Source of the DNA: a virus
Length of the DNA stretch: 64,000 nt
IMG/VR virus record: IMGVR_UViG_3300029957_000008
Coordinates: 1-64,000 of that record
Strand: one strand, 5' to 3'
Below the pieces are notes generated by a model that saw only the letters and a program-made list of their open reading frames with translations, was not told the origin of the DNA and ran no database searches. Each line of letters opens with the position of its first letter. Position 1 is the first letter of the stretch. Below, piece by piece: positions 37,789-48,168 of this stretch. Position numbers and translations under genes: made by a program.

Positions 37789-38774
37789 AAGTCCTTATCG
37801 TAGGAGATCCCCACGCCACTCCTCAGGAGCTTGGGGACTGTGAAACCCTTAAGGGGCTGGTGTACAAGTCCATTGAGGAATACAAGGTAGACACTACTAT
37901 CATCCTTGGGGACATCTACAACTCCCATTCGGTGGTGAACACTCCTTGCATCCACTTTTGGAAGGAGTTTCTTGCTGGGCTGCCCAAGTCGATTGTGCTC
38001 GTAGGCAATCACGACTGTTTCAGCCCTACGATACAGATGCCCCATGCCTTGATTTGCCACAAGGGCAATCCCGACTGTACGATTGTGGATAAACCCGTGA
38101 AGCTCTTTCCGGGCGTAGCGGCGATGCCATACTATCACGACCCTGTAGAGTTTTTGGCCCAAGCTACGGCCCTTAGGGCCGAAAGTGGGCCATGTGTGCT
38201 GATTTGCCATCAGACATTTGATGGTGCGAAGCTGCAGGAAGGTTTTTATGCTAAGGACGGCGTCAATCCTGTGGCAGTGCCGTTTGAGAGCATTATTTCT
38301 GGGCACATCCACACTCCGATGAAGTTTAGCAAGGTGTTTTACCCAGGAAGTCCAAGGTGGAGGACTCTTTCTGACGCCAATCAGGAACGATACATCTACG
38401 TGGTTGAATTTAGTGAAGCTGGCACTTACAAAGGCATCAAGGCTATTCCCACAACGGGGACATGTAAGAGGATCTACCGCTACGTGGACTCCGAGGAAGC
38501 TCCGGCCAAGATAGAAGCACCGGCAGAACGGTCGGACGTCAGGGTGGATATCTACGGGCCTCAGGAGTACATCTCAGGGCGGATGTTGGAATTGAAGGCA
38601 TCTCACAATGCTAAGTGTCGGTCATTCCCCCTAAGGGCCAAGAAGTCTCAAATTTCTGAGAGTGATGGAATTGCGGTGTCTTTCAATAAATTCGTTGGTA
38701 ATTTCGTGCCACCAAATGGCACAGATGTTGCATTGCTTAATAAAGTCGTGGGGGATAGACTGAATGGAATCTGA
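37785..38774 (+). CDS. sbcD: SbcD/Mre11 (gp47-like) nuclease
   Basis: VGDPH, LGDIY, GNHD, CHQ, SGHIH, YPGSP. Confidence 0.88.
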   Translation: MKVLIVGDPHATPQELGDCETLKGLVYKSIEEYKVDTTIILGDIYNSHSVVNTPCIHFWKEFLAGLPKSIVLVGNHDCFSPTIQMPHALICHKGNPDCTIVDKPVKLFPGVAAMPYYHDPVEFLAQATALRAESGPCVLICHQTFDGAKLQEGFYAKDGVNPVAVPFESIISGHIHTPMKFSKVFYPGSPRWRTLSDANQERYIYVVEFSEAGTYKGIKAIPTTGTCKRIYRYVDSEEAPAKIEAPAERSDVRVDIYGPQEYISGRMLELKASHNAKCRSFPLRAKKSQISESDGIAVSFNKFVGNFVPPNGTDVALLNKVVGDRLNGI

Positions 38775-39216
38775 GAAACCACACACACCAGAGTGGGTTA
38801 ACGAACACCCTCTGGAAAGCAAGCTGCTGCAGCTTAGGGACCTTACTAGGCGCTTTGGCACCCTAGACCCGCTACAGGAGGCTCAATTGCGCCTGTGGCC
38901 GTTTGCGGTCGATCCTGAACTCGACAACAACGTGGCGGATATCGATTTTGACACCTACACGGTTTACTACAAGTGGGTCCGCCCCAAGAAGAAACTCGAC
39001 AAGAACTACGGCAAGCGACTCCTGGAGCTGGAGGACCAGATTCGATTTCTCCTAGGGGCTAACTGGAAGCTACAAATTTTGTGTAACGGCCAGACAATCT
39101 TTACTTCAGGTAAAGATGTTGGAAAACCAGAACCCAAGCCAGCAAAAACCGTTAGAAGCAGAAATAGTCAGCGACGGAAGCCGGCAAGAAATAACCGCGC
39201 TAGACGCAAGCGTTAG
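38764..39216 (+). CDS. hypothetical protein
   Basis: coupled ORF with basic tail. Confidence 0.55.
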   Translation: MESEKPHTPEWVNEHPLESKLLQLRDLTRRFGTLDPLQEAQLRLWPFAVDPELDNNVADIDFDTYTVYYKWVRPKKKLDKNYGKRLLELEDQIRFLLGANWKLQILCNGQTIFTSGKDVGKPEPKPAKTVRSRNSQRRKPARNNRARRKR

Positions 39217-39823
39217 TTGGCTCACTGATTCTGAACGCGCAGCACTAGAAGTCTTCAAGAGGAACTTCCGCAAGGGCGGTCTAGAGAGCTTCCCCCTCGC
39301 CCCGCCCACAGCTATCCAGTTTTTTGCTCTGTATCTCCAAGGTAAGACTCTTACCGAAATTGCCGAACTCAATCCTCAGTACTCATTAGGCACAATCGTC
39401 AATTCTGCGGTCTTAGACCGCTGGGATGCAAAGTATCAGGACTACTTAGAGGAGTTGTATTTCAATGCCAAGAACCGGGTAGTCCAGACTGCAGCAGAGG
39501 GAGTAGGCTTTATCTCTGACCTTCTGGCCGTTACCCACATCAAGGACGGCACCAAACTCAAGAAGTACATTCAGACCGAAGATCCTGAGTGCTTGAAGGG
39601 TAGCAACTTTGAAATAGCTTCCTTGCGCCAGTACAAAGAGGCCGTGGAAGTGCTTATGAAGCTAACCGGCCAAGACAACATCAAGAAGATTCAGGTTTCT
39701 GATGTAACTGAGCCAAAACAGCAACTAGAGCCGGAAAAGAAGCCAGAACCTGCGAAGCTGCCTTCTTTGGGGGATCTGGTAGCTACTCGAAGGAACAAGA
39801 TCCAGCAGGGTAAGGCGGAGTAA
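39116..39823 (+). CDS. terminase small subunit
   Basis: HTH LYLQGKTLTEIAE...RWD; TAATG coupling to the large subunit. Confidence 0.65.
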   Translation: MLENQNPSQQKPLEAEIVSDGSRQEITALDASVSWLTDSERAALEVFKRNFRKGGLESFPLAPPTAIQFFALYLQGKTLTEIAELNPQYSLGTIVNSAVLDRWDAKYQDYLEELYFNAKNRVVQTAAEGVGFISDLLAVTHIKDGTKLKKYIQTEDPECLKGSNFEIASLRQYKEAVEVLMKLTGQDNIKKIQVSDVTEPKQQLEPEKKPEPAKLPSLGDLVATRRNKIQQGKAE

Positions 39824-41865
39824 TGCCAATTACCTTTTCCGCTCAGGAAGAGCATCTACGGCGACTACTCTTTAGTCCTTGTAAGACCAGAGAGGAATGC
39901 CACCAGTGGGTTGAGTTCTTTCTAGACCTAGACCTTCCGGGGTGCATTGTTGACGAAGCCTCCAACTGCACACCCCTAGACATGGTTTGGGAGTGCTATT
40001 CCCACCAGGTCCACGGGCCTGAGAATGAGGACGTTTCCAGGATTCTGTACTACTCCTGTCGAGAAGGAGGCAAGTCCCTTGATGAATCAGTCATTGAGGT
40101 AATGCTCCTATTTCACGCAAGAAACAACATCTTCCACCTTGCGGCTATTAGAGAGCAGTCGGCTACCGTCCAGGGGTATATCAAAAAGTTCCTCAGTCGG
40201 CCACTCCTGAGGCCGTTCGTGGGTGGTGACAGTAGGGCTCTTACCGGCTTATTTTTCTATGTTCCTGTGGATGGGGTAGGGGTTTACCTGTCAGATGCTG
40301 AATGGCGAACTTTACCGCCAGAAGAGCAGGAAAAGTATCTGGCGGTAAACAACAACGTCGAAGTCCTTGTGGCAACTGTTCAGTCGTGTAACTCAAAGCA
40401 CGGCATGTTGGTCTTGGACGAGATCGACGTTATGTTGGGGGACGAGTCTAGGGCCGCTTATAGGCAGTCAAAGTTCATTCCCTCAGAGTCCTATGCCGCA
40501 AATGGCGAACGCAGACTTCCCTTAACGGTGTTGACATCGACCAGGAAGACCGCGTTCGGTTTGGTTCAGGATGAGATCAATGAGTCGGCCAGAACCGGAT
40601 TGGTAATCCGCCACTGGAACATCCTCGACGTCACCCAGGCATGTCCTACCACCAGACATCAACCTGAAAAAGAGAAGGTAACGATCTACTCTTCGGATGA
40701 ACTCCTCGCCACCAAAACGACAGAAGAGTACTTGAAGCTTCCTGTAATTGAGCAGTCAAAGTATGAGAAGCACGAGAATTGTCACAACGGCTGCCTGAAT
40801 CGCTGCAAACTCTTCTTCGCCTGCAAAGGTCGGCTTGTTGATAAACAGACCTGCACATCCCCGTTTTTGAAGTCGATTACGCACGTTCAGAACCAGTTTC
40901 GGAACGCGACAGTTGAAATGTCGACGTCCGAGCTGCTTTGTAAACACCCCTCAACGACGGGTTTGGTCTACCCAAGGTTCGCCCCTGAGAAGCACGTCAT
41001 CAGGCCGGCAGAAGCCTATAAGAAGATCATGGGTGAGTATCCGCCCAACCTCAACATGACCAAGGCTGAGCTAGTTTCCTTCGTCAAAACAAGAGACGTC
41101 CCTTGGTATGGTGGCATGGACTTCGGTTACTCCCACAACTTCGCCTATGTTCAAGGTTTCAAGGATGTCTCCAAGCTCTTCGTCACTCACGCCCTAGCAA
41201 TGCCCGAACTGGAGACGGACCAGAAGCTAGAAGCCATGGCTCCCTACAAGGGCTACTTCCCCGCCATCTATCCCGACCCCGAAGATCCAGGAACCATCCG
41301 AATCCTTAAAAATAAGGGTTACCGGATGATCAAGTGGACTAAGGGCAGGGGGTCGGTTGTAGGAGGTATTGCCACAGTGCAAATGAAGCTCACTCCTCCA
41401 TTGGGCGCCGAACCTGAACTGTACTTCGTCCATGATATCCTAGACGACCCAGGAATGGACATCTTACTAAAGCACCTTCAGGAGCACCACTGGAAGCTAG
41501 ATGCAGGCCACAAGCCCACCGATCTAATCTCTGACGACAACAAGGACTTACCAGACGCACTAAGGTACATGGTTATGGGAGTCTTCCCCTACAAGGGTAG
41601 GACAACCGTCGTCCAGGGCCATGATGGCCCCCAAAGTAGACCAACAGATGTGGATGGCCAGGTCCAGTACAGCGTAGACAACTGGATGTCTCAAAAGATA
41701 GCCGAGATCACAGGCCAGGAGATGCCCCCAACCCCTCAGTCCAGGCAGATTAAAATCCAGTCCTTGGACGGGAAAACATTGAGTTTTGACTATAAAGATA
41801 CTGAGGAACCAGAGCAGGATGATGACCTTCAGACCAGCTCCGGAATCATCTTCGAACTTGGGTAA
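39823..41865 (+). CDS. terminase large subunit
   Basis: REGGKS, LVLDEID, TST, GMDFG, DLPDALRY. Confidence 0.88.
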   Translation: MPITFSAQEEHLRRLLFSPCKTREECHQWVEFFLDLDLPGCIVDEASNCTPLDMVWECYSHQVHGPENEDVSRILYYSCREGGKSLDESVIEVMLLFHARNNIFHLAAIREQSATVQGYIKKFLSRPLLRPFVGGDSRALTGLFFYVPVDGVGVYLSDAEWRTLPPEEQEKYLAVNNNVEVLVATVQSCNSKHGMLVLDEIDVMLGDESRAAYRQSKFIPSESYAANGERRLPLTVLTSTRKTAFGLVQDEINESARTGLVIRHWNILDVTQACPTTRHQPEKEKVTIYSSDELLATKTTEEYLKLPVIEQSKYEKHENCHNGCLNRCKLFFACKGRLVDKQTCTSPFLKSITHVQNQFRNATVEMSTSELLCKHPSTTGLVYPRFAPEKHVIRPAEAYKKIMGEYPPNLNMTKAELVSFVKTRDVPWYGGMDFGYSHNFAYVQGFKDVSKLFVTHALAMPELETDQKLEAMAPYKGYFPAIYPDPEDPGTIRILKNKGYRMIKWTKGRGSVVGGIATVQMKLTPPLGAEPELYFVHDILDDPGMDILLKHLQEHHWKLDAGHKPTDLISDDNKDLPDALRYMVMGVFPYKGRTTVVQGHDGPQSRPTDVDGQVQYSVDNWMSQKIAEITGQEMPPTPQSRQIKIQSLDGKTLSFDYKDTEEPEQDDDLQTSSGIIFELG

Positions 41866-41885
41866 CGAGCAATCTTTTAGGAGAA

Positions 41886-42860
41886 ATGCCTACTCTTAGT
41901 GTCTTCAAAAAGATCATTGCCTTTGACGATCAAAACCAGACAGCCGCACCCAAACTGGTAGCTGTTAACTGGACTCGGGATACCATTGTGGGGATTCCGG
42001 TAGAGGCTCCTTCAAACGATAGGTTCGTTTTGCCGTCGTTTGCGTCGAAGAACGTTTTCGACGGCACTGTGGCCCTTGCCTATGACAACACCACTCAGTT
42101 TTCTGTTTCTCTGTCAAACCTGTCCCCCAGCCGCTATAGGCTAGCTTGGGTAGGAGGAGCTGACCCACAGTTCCGCACAAGTAGGGCCCTGTCGTTGTCG
42201 GGTGGAAGCTTGACGGTGGTTATTCAAGGCAATCAGACTGCTACAGTTACCCACAGTGCTGGATCGGTCTTTGGTAACATCCAGGTTGGCGACGATGTTT
42301 TCATTCCAGGAGCCACAACGGGTGATACCAGCCTCTTTTCTCCAATGAATGAAGGTCACTGGGTCGTTTTGGCCGCATCGGCCACTCAACTGACCCTGGT
42401 AAGAGAAACTGGCTCGGTTTTCTCCGGTGTCTCTGAAACAGAGGCCGTAACGGCCAATACCCAGTTCCTGGCGTACTCGTCTGATGGTGTTCAGATTGAC
42501 AATGTGGTTGGCTTTGTCTCTGGGTTTGCAATGAGTCTGCTCCACAACTATGAAATTGTAGAGGTGACGTCAAGCTTTATTGAGTTCCAATCCTCAGCAC
42601 CCCTTCCTACGACAGTTTCAGTCGTTCCTGGTGCAGGCAGCTTGGTTGTATATGCTTCCGCGAAACAATACGTTTACATTGAGTCAGACCAAGAAGTTTC
42701 AATCTCCCTGAACGGCCTTAGTTCGGGCGTAATCGTCCCGTTCCAGGCCGGCAACAGGGACTACCCAGGGCTCTATGAGATTACAAGTGTTGTCTACTCA
42801 TTGACCGTTACTAACAACTCGACCCAACAGGCCTCAGTTCGGGTTATTTCGGCAGAGTAA
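41886..42860 (+). CDS. putative virion structural protein
   Basis: beta-rich, S/T/G/V-rich; late motif at 41870; in head module. Confidence 0.6.
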   Translation: MPTLSVFKKIIAFDDQNQTAAPKLVAVNWTRDTIVGIPVEAPSNDRFVLPSFASKNVFDGTVALAYDNTTQFSVSLSNLSPSRYRLAWVGGADPQFRTSRALSLSGGSLTVVIQGNQTATVTHSAGSVFGNIQVGDDVFIPGATTGDTSLFSPMNEGHWVVLAASATQLTLVRETGSVFSGVSETEAVTANTQFLAYSSDGVQIDNVVGFVSGFAMSLLHNYEIVEVTSSFIEFQSSAPLPTTVSVVPGAGSLVVYASAKQYVYIESDQEVSISLNGLSSGVIVPFQAGNRDYPGLYEITSVVYSLTVTNNSTQQASVRVISAE

Positions 42861-42863
42861 CTT

Positions 42864-44861
42864 ATGATCAAAAAGAAAGCTAAGAGCGACGGGGTTGTTT
42901 GGGGAGAGACGCCAGAAGAGGCGGCACTTCTAAAGTCCTCCGTTAATGTCAGGACCACAAACAGTCTTACCAAGTCAATCCTGAACGTTCTAGATGGACC
43001 TAATCAGGAAGTTGAGCGGTTAGCTTTCGAAGTAGATCCTACGCGGGTCAATTCGTACGCCAACGTCTACAAGCCTAAGGCGAGACTACTCCCCGATTCA
43101 ATCCTGAAGCGAATTGCAATTCAGGACTCCCTTGTTTCGAACATTGTAAGGGCCAGGCAAAATCACGTCTCCATCTTCGGCCATCCACGGCCGGATCGGT
43201 TTAGCTGTGGGTTCGTCATTAGACCAGACACAGGCGTACTTGACTCCCTGAAGGAGCAAGAGAAGCAAGAACTGAATGGTAGGATTCAGGTTGCAGTAAA
43301 ACTTCTGAATACCTGTGGTCATACTGAAGAGGCCAAAGACTATTGTCAAGCTAGCTTTTCGGAATACCTGTCGGTTTCGGCCAGAGACGCAGTCACTGTT
43401 GGCCGTATTGCGACAGAAATTGTGTACAAGACGGACTTAAAGACTGATGAGAAGAAGTTCGTCTACTTTGTGGCTACTGATGCCGGTACGATCTACCAGG
43501 CAGTTCCTGAGGACAACGCTGCGAAACAGAGCATTCGTGAGCAGGCCTATGACCTGATTGTAAAGGTCACTGGCAAGAAACAAGTAAGAGAACCTAGAGG
43601 GATTCCCCAGCGTTACGACTGGGTGCAGGTTATTGAGGGGACACCCAAGCAGGTCTTCACTTCTGAGGAAATGAAGTGTCGGAACTTCTACCCGACAAAC
43701 AACTACGAGTTAGATGGATATCCCGTCACGCCAATTGATACGGTGATGTCAGCCATCACTACGCACATCAACATCACGACCCACAACAAGATGTACTTCC
43801 AGTCTGGCCGCGCAGCCAGAGGTATGCTTGTCATCAAGTCGGATGATACGAATCCTACTGTAATCCATAACATTAAGCAGCAGTTCGCCGCGAACATCAA
43901 TGGAAGTCAGGCAGCTTTCCGAATGCCTATTTTCGGTATCTCCACTGATGCTGATATCAATTGGCAGCCGATGGATACGTCCGGCAGCCGGGACATGGAG
44001 TTCCAGTACCTGACTGACTTGAACGCCCGTGAAATTCTCACCGCGTTCATGATGTCTCCCGATGAACTTCCCGGCTGGTCGTTCTTGAGCCGTGGTACGT
44101 CTTCGCAGGCACTCTCGGAGTCCAACAAGGAGTTCCAACTAACAGCCGCTCGCGACGTGGGCATACGCCCCTTATTGAGCGGGTTTGAAGACTTCATCAA
44201 CAAGGAAATCTTCCCTCTAATTGATCCTTATCTAGCTAAAATTTGTCGTGTTCAGTTCTTAGGACTAGACGCTGACACACCTGAGAAGGAAATTGTAAAC
44301 ATCCAGCAGAACTCTCAAGTCTGGATGACCTACAACAACATCCTTGAGCGAGTTGAGCAGCCTCTTCTAGACAAACGTTGGTGTTCAGAGATTCCGCTCA
44401 ACCCTGTCTACAAGGGCTACCTAGATAGCTACTTAATGGTCGGTGAGATCATGGAGAAGTTCATGGGTATTGAGGGAGCGGCCAAGGATCCTCGGTTCCA
44501 GTACTTCAGGGATCCTCTCTATTTTCAGTTCCTTCACTTTCAGCAACAACAGCAGCAAATGGCCATGCAACAGCAACAGATGCAGCAGCAAGCCCAGCAG
44601 CCGCAGCAACAGCCCCAAGATCCAAATGTCCAACAACCTGCTGACCAAAGCAATCAGGGGCCTGAGGACCTAGCTAGGGGGGTGGACCAAGCCTACGAGC
44701 TAATGACCAAGTCTGAGGATAACCTCTCACCTGAGAAGCGTCGGATCCTACATACGCAGAATAAAGCAATGAAATTTATGATGCAGGGCTTTGAGGACGA
44801 TGTCAAGGACGCCATCAAGGAAGTCCTGGAAGTTACTAAAAACATAAAACCGAGGAAGTAA
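42864..44861 (+). CDS. portal protein
   Basis: position after terminase; GYPVTPI, YFQSG..RGML, DMEF, AFMMSPDEL, GIRPLL. Confidence 0.85.
   Translation: MIKKKAKSDGVVWGETPEEAALLKSSVNVRTTNSLTKSILNVLDGPNQEVERLAFEVDPTRVNSYANVYKPKARLLPDSILKRIAIQDSLVSNIVRARQNHVSIFGHPRPDRFSCGFVIRPDTGVLDSLKEQEKQELNGRIQVAVKLLNTCGHTEEAKDYCQASFSEYLSVSARDAVTVGRIATEIVYKTDLKTDEKKFVYFVATDAGTIYQAVPEDNAAKQSIREQAYDLIVKVTGKKQVREPRGIPQRYDWVQVIEGTPKQVFTSEEMKCRNFYPTNNYELDGYPVTPIDTVMSAITTHINITTHNKMYFQSGRAARGMLVIKSDDTNPTVIHNIKQQFAANINGSQAAFRMPIFGISTDADINWQPMDTSGSRDMEFQYLTDLNAREILTAFMMSPDELPGWSFLSRGTSSQALSESNKEFQLTAARDVGIRPLLSGFEDFINKEIFPLIDPYLAKICRVQFLGLDADTPEKEIVNIQQNSQVWMTYNNILERVEQPLLDKRWCSEIPLNPVYKGYLDSYLMVGEIMEKFMGIEGAAKDPRFQYFRDPLYFQFLHFQQQQQQMAMQQQQMQQQAQQPQQQPQDPNVQQPADQSNQGPEDLARGVDQAYELMTKSEDNLSPEKRRILHTQNKAMKFMMQGFEDDVKDAIKEVLEVTKNIKPRK
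44543..44617 (+). repeat. poly-glutamine tract in portal C-terminus
   Basis: CAG/CAA-rich QQQQQQMAMQQQQMQQQAQQPQQQP. Confidence 0.85.
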
Positions 44862-45644
44862 TTGAGATACTTCATACCAAAAAGCGGCGTGAAAGCCATT
44901 GATGCGGCCATTGAGGCTTTGTTCAACCGAATGAAGCTTAGGTTCCTTGGAAAGAACTTCGAACCTAAGCAGATTCGTTTCAGCGTGAAACCCGATAAGG
45001 CGGTGGACTACAGGGAAGACCTGGCACTGCCTAGCATCTTCGACAAGGCTGCCAGAAGCGAGGGGATGAAGCCTAACGAGCCCCTTAAGCAGTCGGTCAC
45101 AGAAATCATAGAGCAATACCTAGATGCTCATCAAGAGTCCGCTAAGGCCAAGATTCGCTCTACCGTGCAAACATTTTTGAGCGAGGCGGAGGCCGGTACG
45201 GAAGGTGGGGTCGAGAAGGTTCTTAAAGAAGAACTTTCGAACGTCATGGAGAAAGTAACGTCTGGCGTACAAAACGTGGTGGATAACGAAATGGGAAGAG
45301 CAAAGAACTTAAGCACCCTAGATGCAATTACGAAAATCAACGCATTCTCCAACATTTCCGATCCAACGGTGGTGTTCATTGGCCCGAACGATCAACACAC
45401 CTGTAAGGACTGCCAGAGATTGTTCTACCTAGAAGACGGGATCACGCCAAGAGCGTGGAAAGTCTCAGAACTCAAGATGGGGCTTGGAAAACACGGTGAC
45501 ACTTCTCCTTGTGCGGGCGGTCAGCATCCTCACTGTCGTCATTCATATGGCACAATGATGCCAGGTTTTGGTTTTACATCGGGCGGCAAGATAACCTATA
45601 TCGAGCCGGGGTTTGATATTTGGAAATTCCAGCATGGTGGTTGA
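44862..45644 (+). CDS. MuF-like head morphogenesis protein
   Basis: D..TCKDC...HPHCRH, immediately after portal. Confidence 0.7.
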   Translation: MRYFIPKSGVKAIDAAIEALFNRMKLRFLGKNFEPKQIRFSVKPDKAVDYREDLALPSIFDKAARSEGMKPNEPLKQSVTEIIEQYLDAHQESAKAKIRSTVQTFLSEAEAGTEGGVEKVLKEELSNVMEKVTSGVQNVVDNEMGRAKNLSTLDAITKINAFSNISDPTVVFIGPNDQHTCKDCQRLFYLEDGITPRAWKVSELKMGLGKHGDTSPCAGGQHPHCRHSYGTMMPGFGFTSGGKITYIEPGFDIWKFQHGG

Positions 45645-46359
45645 CAATTTGAGTGACACGATAGATAAGACAACAGGGAAAACATGCGGAGGCTGTAACA
45701 GGGTTCTTCCTTTAGACTCATTTGGTAAACATTCGGCCGTCAAAAGCGGAAAAAGATCGCGATGTAAAGAATGTCGCCACGAAGAGGGTGTTAGATATAG
45801 AAAACAGAATCCGAATAATGGCCGAAACTACTACAAGAACAACAGAGAGAAACAAAGGGAATACGGTAGGAGATATTATCAAGAAAACCGCGACTACCTT
45901 AAGAGTAAAACCAAGGCGTATAGACGAGACAATAAGGAAAAGCGAAACGCCAAAGAAAACGAGCGTTTTGCAACGGACTTGCAGTACAGGCTGACTAAGA
46001 ATATCCGAACCCGCCTGCGTAAATGCGTTAAACGTGGTTTTAAGGCTGGATCCTCAAGTGAGATGGGATGTACCGGCTTGGAATTTAAAGAATACATAGA
46101 GTCTCTGTTTTGGCCGAATATGACTTGGGATAATTACGGCAAGGAGTGGGAGCTTGACCACGTAAGTCCTTTATCAAAATCCGATCTTTGTAGCAGGGAC
46201 AGCTTCCTTGCAGCAAATCACTTTACGAATGTCCAACCTTTGTGGAAGGACGATAACGAAAACAAGCTAGATCGTTTGGATTGGAGTCCTACTGAATCGG
46301 TCCACGAATTTCCTGAAAGACTGCGATATCTAATTATTCCCCAAGCAGCTAATGGTTGA
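45613..46359 (+). CDS. HNH homing endonuclease
   Basis: CGGC...CKEC; WELDHVSP...NHFTNVQPLW; paralog of the ORFs at 924 and 10237. Confidence 0.85.
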   Translation: MIFGNSSMVVDNLSDTIDKTTGKTCGGCNRVLPLDSFGKHSAVKSGKRSRCKECRHEEGVRYRKQNPNNGRNYYKNNREKQREYGRRYYQENRDYLKSKTKAYRRDNKEKRNAKENERFATDLQYRLTKNIRTRLRKCVKRGFKAGSSSEMGCTGLEFKEYIESLFWPNMTWDNYGKEWELDHVSPLSKSDLCSRDSFLAANHFTNVQPLWKDDNENKLDRLDWSPTESVHEFPERLRYLIIPQAANG

Positions 46360-46620
46360 GATCCAGGTTACGGGACTGCTAAAGAAAGTTTCATACATGT
46401 ATTCGTCGTCTCTCCAGCGAAGAGTTTCTTTTAGGCTTGACATATCCACGATAGTCCCTGGAGTGAGATCTTCCGCACACTCATCAAGTGCCTGCCACAA
46501 GCTTTCTGAGTATCCGAGCGGGATCACCCGGTCTTCAATTTGCTTCGTGACTTTGACACCCTCTATGCTGTTTTCGAACGTGTACTTTTTCATTGTCATC
46601 CTATTTGGATCGAATCCCAC
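46330..46620 (-). CDS. hypothetical protein
   Basis: last gene of minus-strand insert; start probably near 46599. Confidence 0.5.
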   Translation of the reverse strand: MGFDPNRMTMKKYTFENSIEGVKVTKQIEDRVIPLGYSESLWQALDECAEDLTPGTIVDMSSLKETLRWRDDEYMYETFFSSPVTWISTISCLGNN

Positions 46621-46970
46621 CCGGTGTTGGTCGAGTAAAACACTGTGTTAATAATCCCACTGGCCATAATGGCCGCCAAGCATTTTTCGCAAGGCTTGGA
46701 GAGTACAACCTCTCCTCTTGGAGAAACTCTAGCTACGTATAGGTTAACTGGTTTCTTGGTAGAAAGCAAGCGGGACTTTGATTGAAGTTGTTTGATCGTT
46801 GCAATTTCGGCATGGGTGTTCATGCTGGCGTCAGGAGTGCAACTCTTACTAATGTTGGGTTTCTTAGTAAGAATCCTACCCCCACATTCCGTAACCGCAC
46901 CGTGCCTAAAATGGGGGTACTTACTTCCCTTGGCGGTTTTAATGGCATATTGCGCTACCCAAGATTTCAT
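46596..46970 (-). CDS. cytidine/deoxycytidylate deaminase family protein
   Basis: HGAV, HAE, SKPCEKC. Confidence 0.85.
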   Translation of the reverse strand: MKSWVAQYAIKTAKGSKYPHFRHGAVTECGGRILTKKPNISKSCTPDASMNTHAEIATIKQLQSKSRLLSTKKPVNLYVARVSPRGEVVLSKPCEKCLAAIMASGIINTVFYSTNTGWDSIQIG

Positions 46971-46977
46971 TAGTTAC

Positions 46978-47006
46978 TTTGTATCGTATATTATATGGTC
47001 TGTCAA
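46978..47006 (-). promoter_or_regulatory. sigma70-type promoter, probably leaderless transcript
   Basis: TTGACA-17-TACAAA, 7 nt before ATG. Confidence 0.6.
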
Positions 47007-47014
47007 CAAAAACG

Positions 47015-47482
47015 TTACTTACCAGTACTTCCAAAACCACCAGCACCCCGTTCGGTACTAGAAAGCTCCTCAACTTCCAAGATTACCGCCTGAACGACTG
47101 GAGTAATAACTAGCTGGGCGATTCGTTCACCCGGCTTCAAGTCGATACAATTATTAATCGTGCTGGCCAGGATTACCTTGACTTCACCTCGGTAGTCACA
47201 GTCAATCGTACCAGGGCTGTTTAGGACCATTACGCCCATACATGCGAAGCTGCTTCTTGGGCGGATTTGGCCCTCGTAGCCATCAGGGATTTCAATAGCA
47301 AGCCCTGTGGACACCAGGTACGGCTCGTCCTTAATAAGATGTAGGGGGGCGTCGCCACAATAAGCCAAGTCCATGCCGGCCGCACCGGCCGTTTTGTATT
47401 GGGGAATAGTAGCGTTAGGGTTTAGCTTCTTAAAACGGATAGCGGGTTGCTGGGGGGATTTGAATTTGAAGGTAGGTTTCAT
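47015..47482 (-). CDS. dut: trimeric dUTPase
   Basis: AGMDL, RPRSS, PGTIDCDYRGE, RIAQL, RGAGGFGSTG. Confidence 0.95.
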   Translation of the reverse strand: MKPTFKFKSPQQPAIRFKKLNPNATIPQYKTAGAAGMDLAYCGDAPLHLIKDEPYLVSTGLAIEIPDGYEGQIRPRSSFACMGVMVLNSPGTIDCDYRGEVKVILASTINNCIDLKPGERIAQLVITPVVQAVILEVEELSSTERGAGGFGSTGK

Positions 47483-47712
47483 TTGTTTCCTGTATTAAAC
47501 GATAATAAACATCTTGACGATTAAATCTCGTTCTCCTCCTAGGGAGACATTTATTGTGTGTGGGGGAAGGTTTCCATCCAATAGAGCCCATACACGGAGA
47601 TTTCTGATATTCCTGAGTGCCGTAAACTCATTGTAGTCTTGACTTCCTTTGGATGAGAGATATTTGGTCCGTGGAGGGTCTTTTCTTAGGAGATCTCGGA
47701 GCTTTGATCTGA

Positions 47713-48168
47713 TCAGATGCTCTGCTGCACGGAAAACTTCTTGGGTGGCCCAGTTTCCGGGAAGCGTCTAGATCGAGCCACTCTTTTTCTGTCATTTTGT
47801 CTCGCCTGAAGGGGTTTATCGTAGCATTTGGAGTTTGGACAGGTTGTTGGTGCACCACCGGAGGGGCCACACCATTGATATCCACACATAGGGCAGTATA
47901 AAGCGCTAGTGACGTTTCTTTTGCCTAGCAGTATCTGGTCGCATGTTAGTTCTGGGCCGCTTCGGTCTTCTCGGTACGGAAGGGCGCCTTTCCAATTTTG
48001 TGGCAAAGCTTCTATACAGGGAACGATTTCTGCAGTTTTGAGCTTTGCCCGACAAAGTTCCTCTTCTCCTAGCCATTTTGCTGCAAACTCAATGTCTTTG
48101 AGATCTTTGTTGGTCATGTCGATATCAAGCATGACTTCCATGTCAAGATGGCACAGTACGAGGGTCAC
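47713..48168 (-). CDS. hypothetical protein with Zn ribbon
   Basis: CPMC...CPNSKC. Confidence 0.5.
   Translation of the reverse strand: MTLVLCHLDMEVMLDIDMTNKDLKDIEFAAKWLGEEELCRAKLKTAEIVPCIEALPQNWKGALPYREDRSGPELTCDQILLGKRNVTSALYCPMCGYQWCGPSGGAPTTCPNSKCYDKPLQARQNDRKRVARSRRFPETGPPKKFSVQQSI

Noticed and set aside
25059-38774. Separation of sbcC and sbcD as a distinct system
   Set aside because: Both look intact, and unlinked partner genes are common in large phage genomes.
47483-47885. Additional gene(s) between dut and the Zn-ribbon ORF
   Set aside because: Several short overlapping frames; none could be supported confidently.
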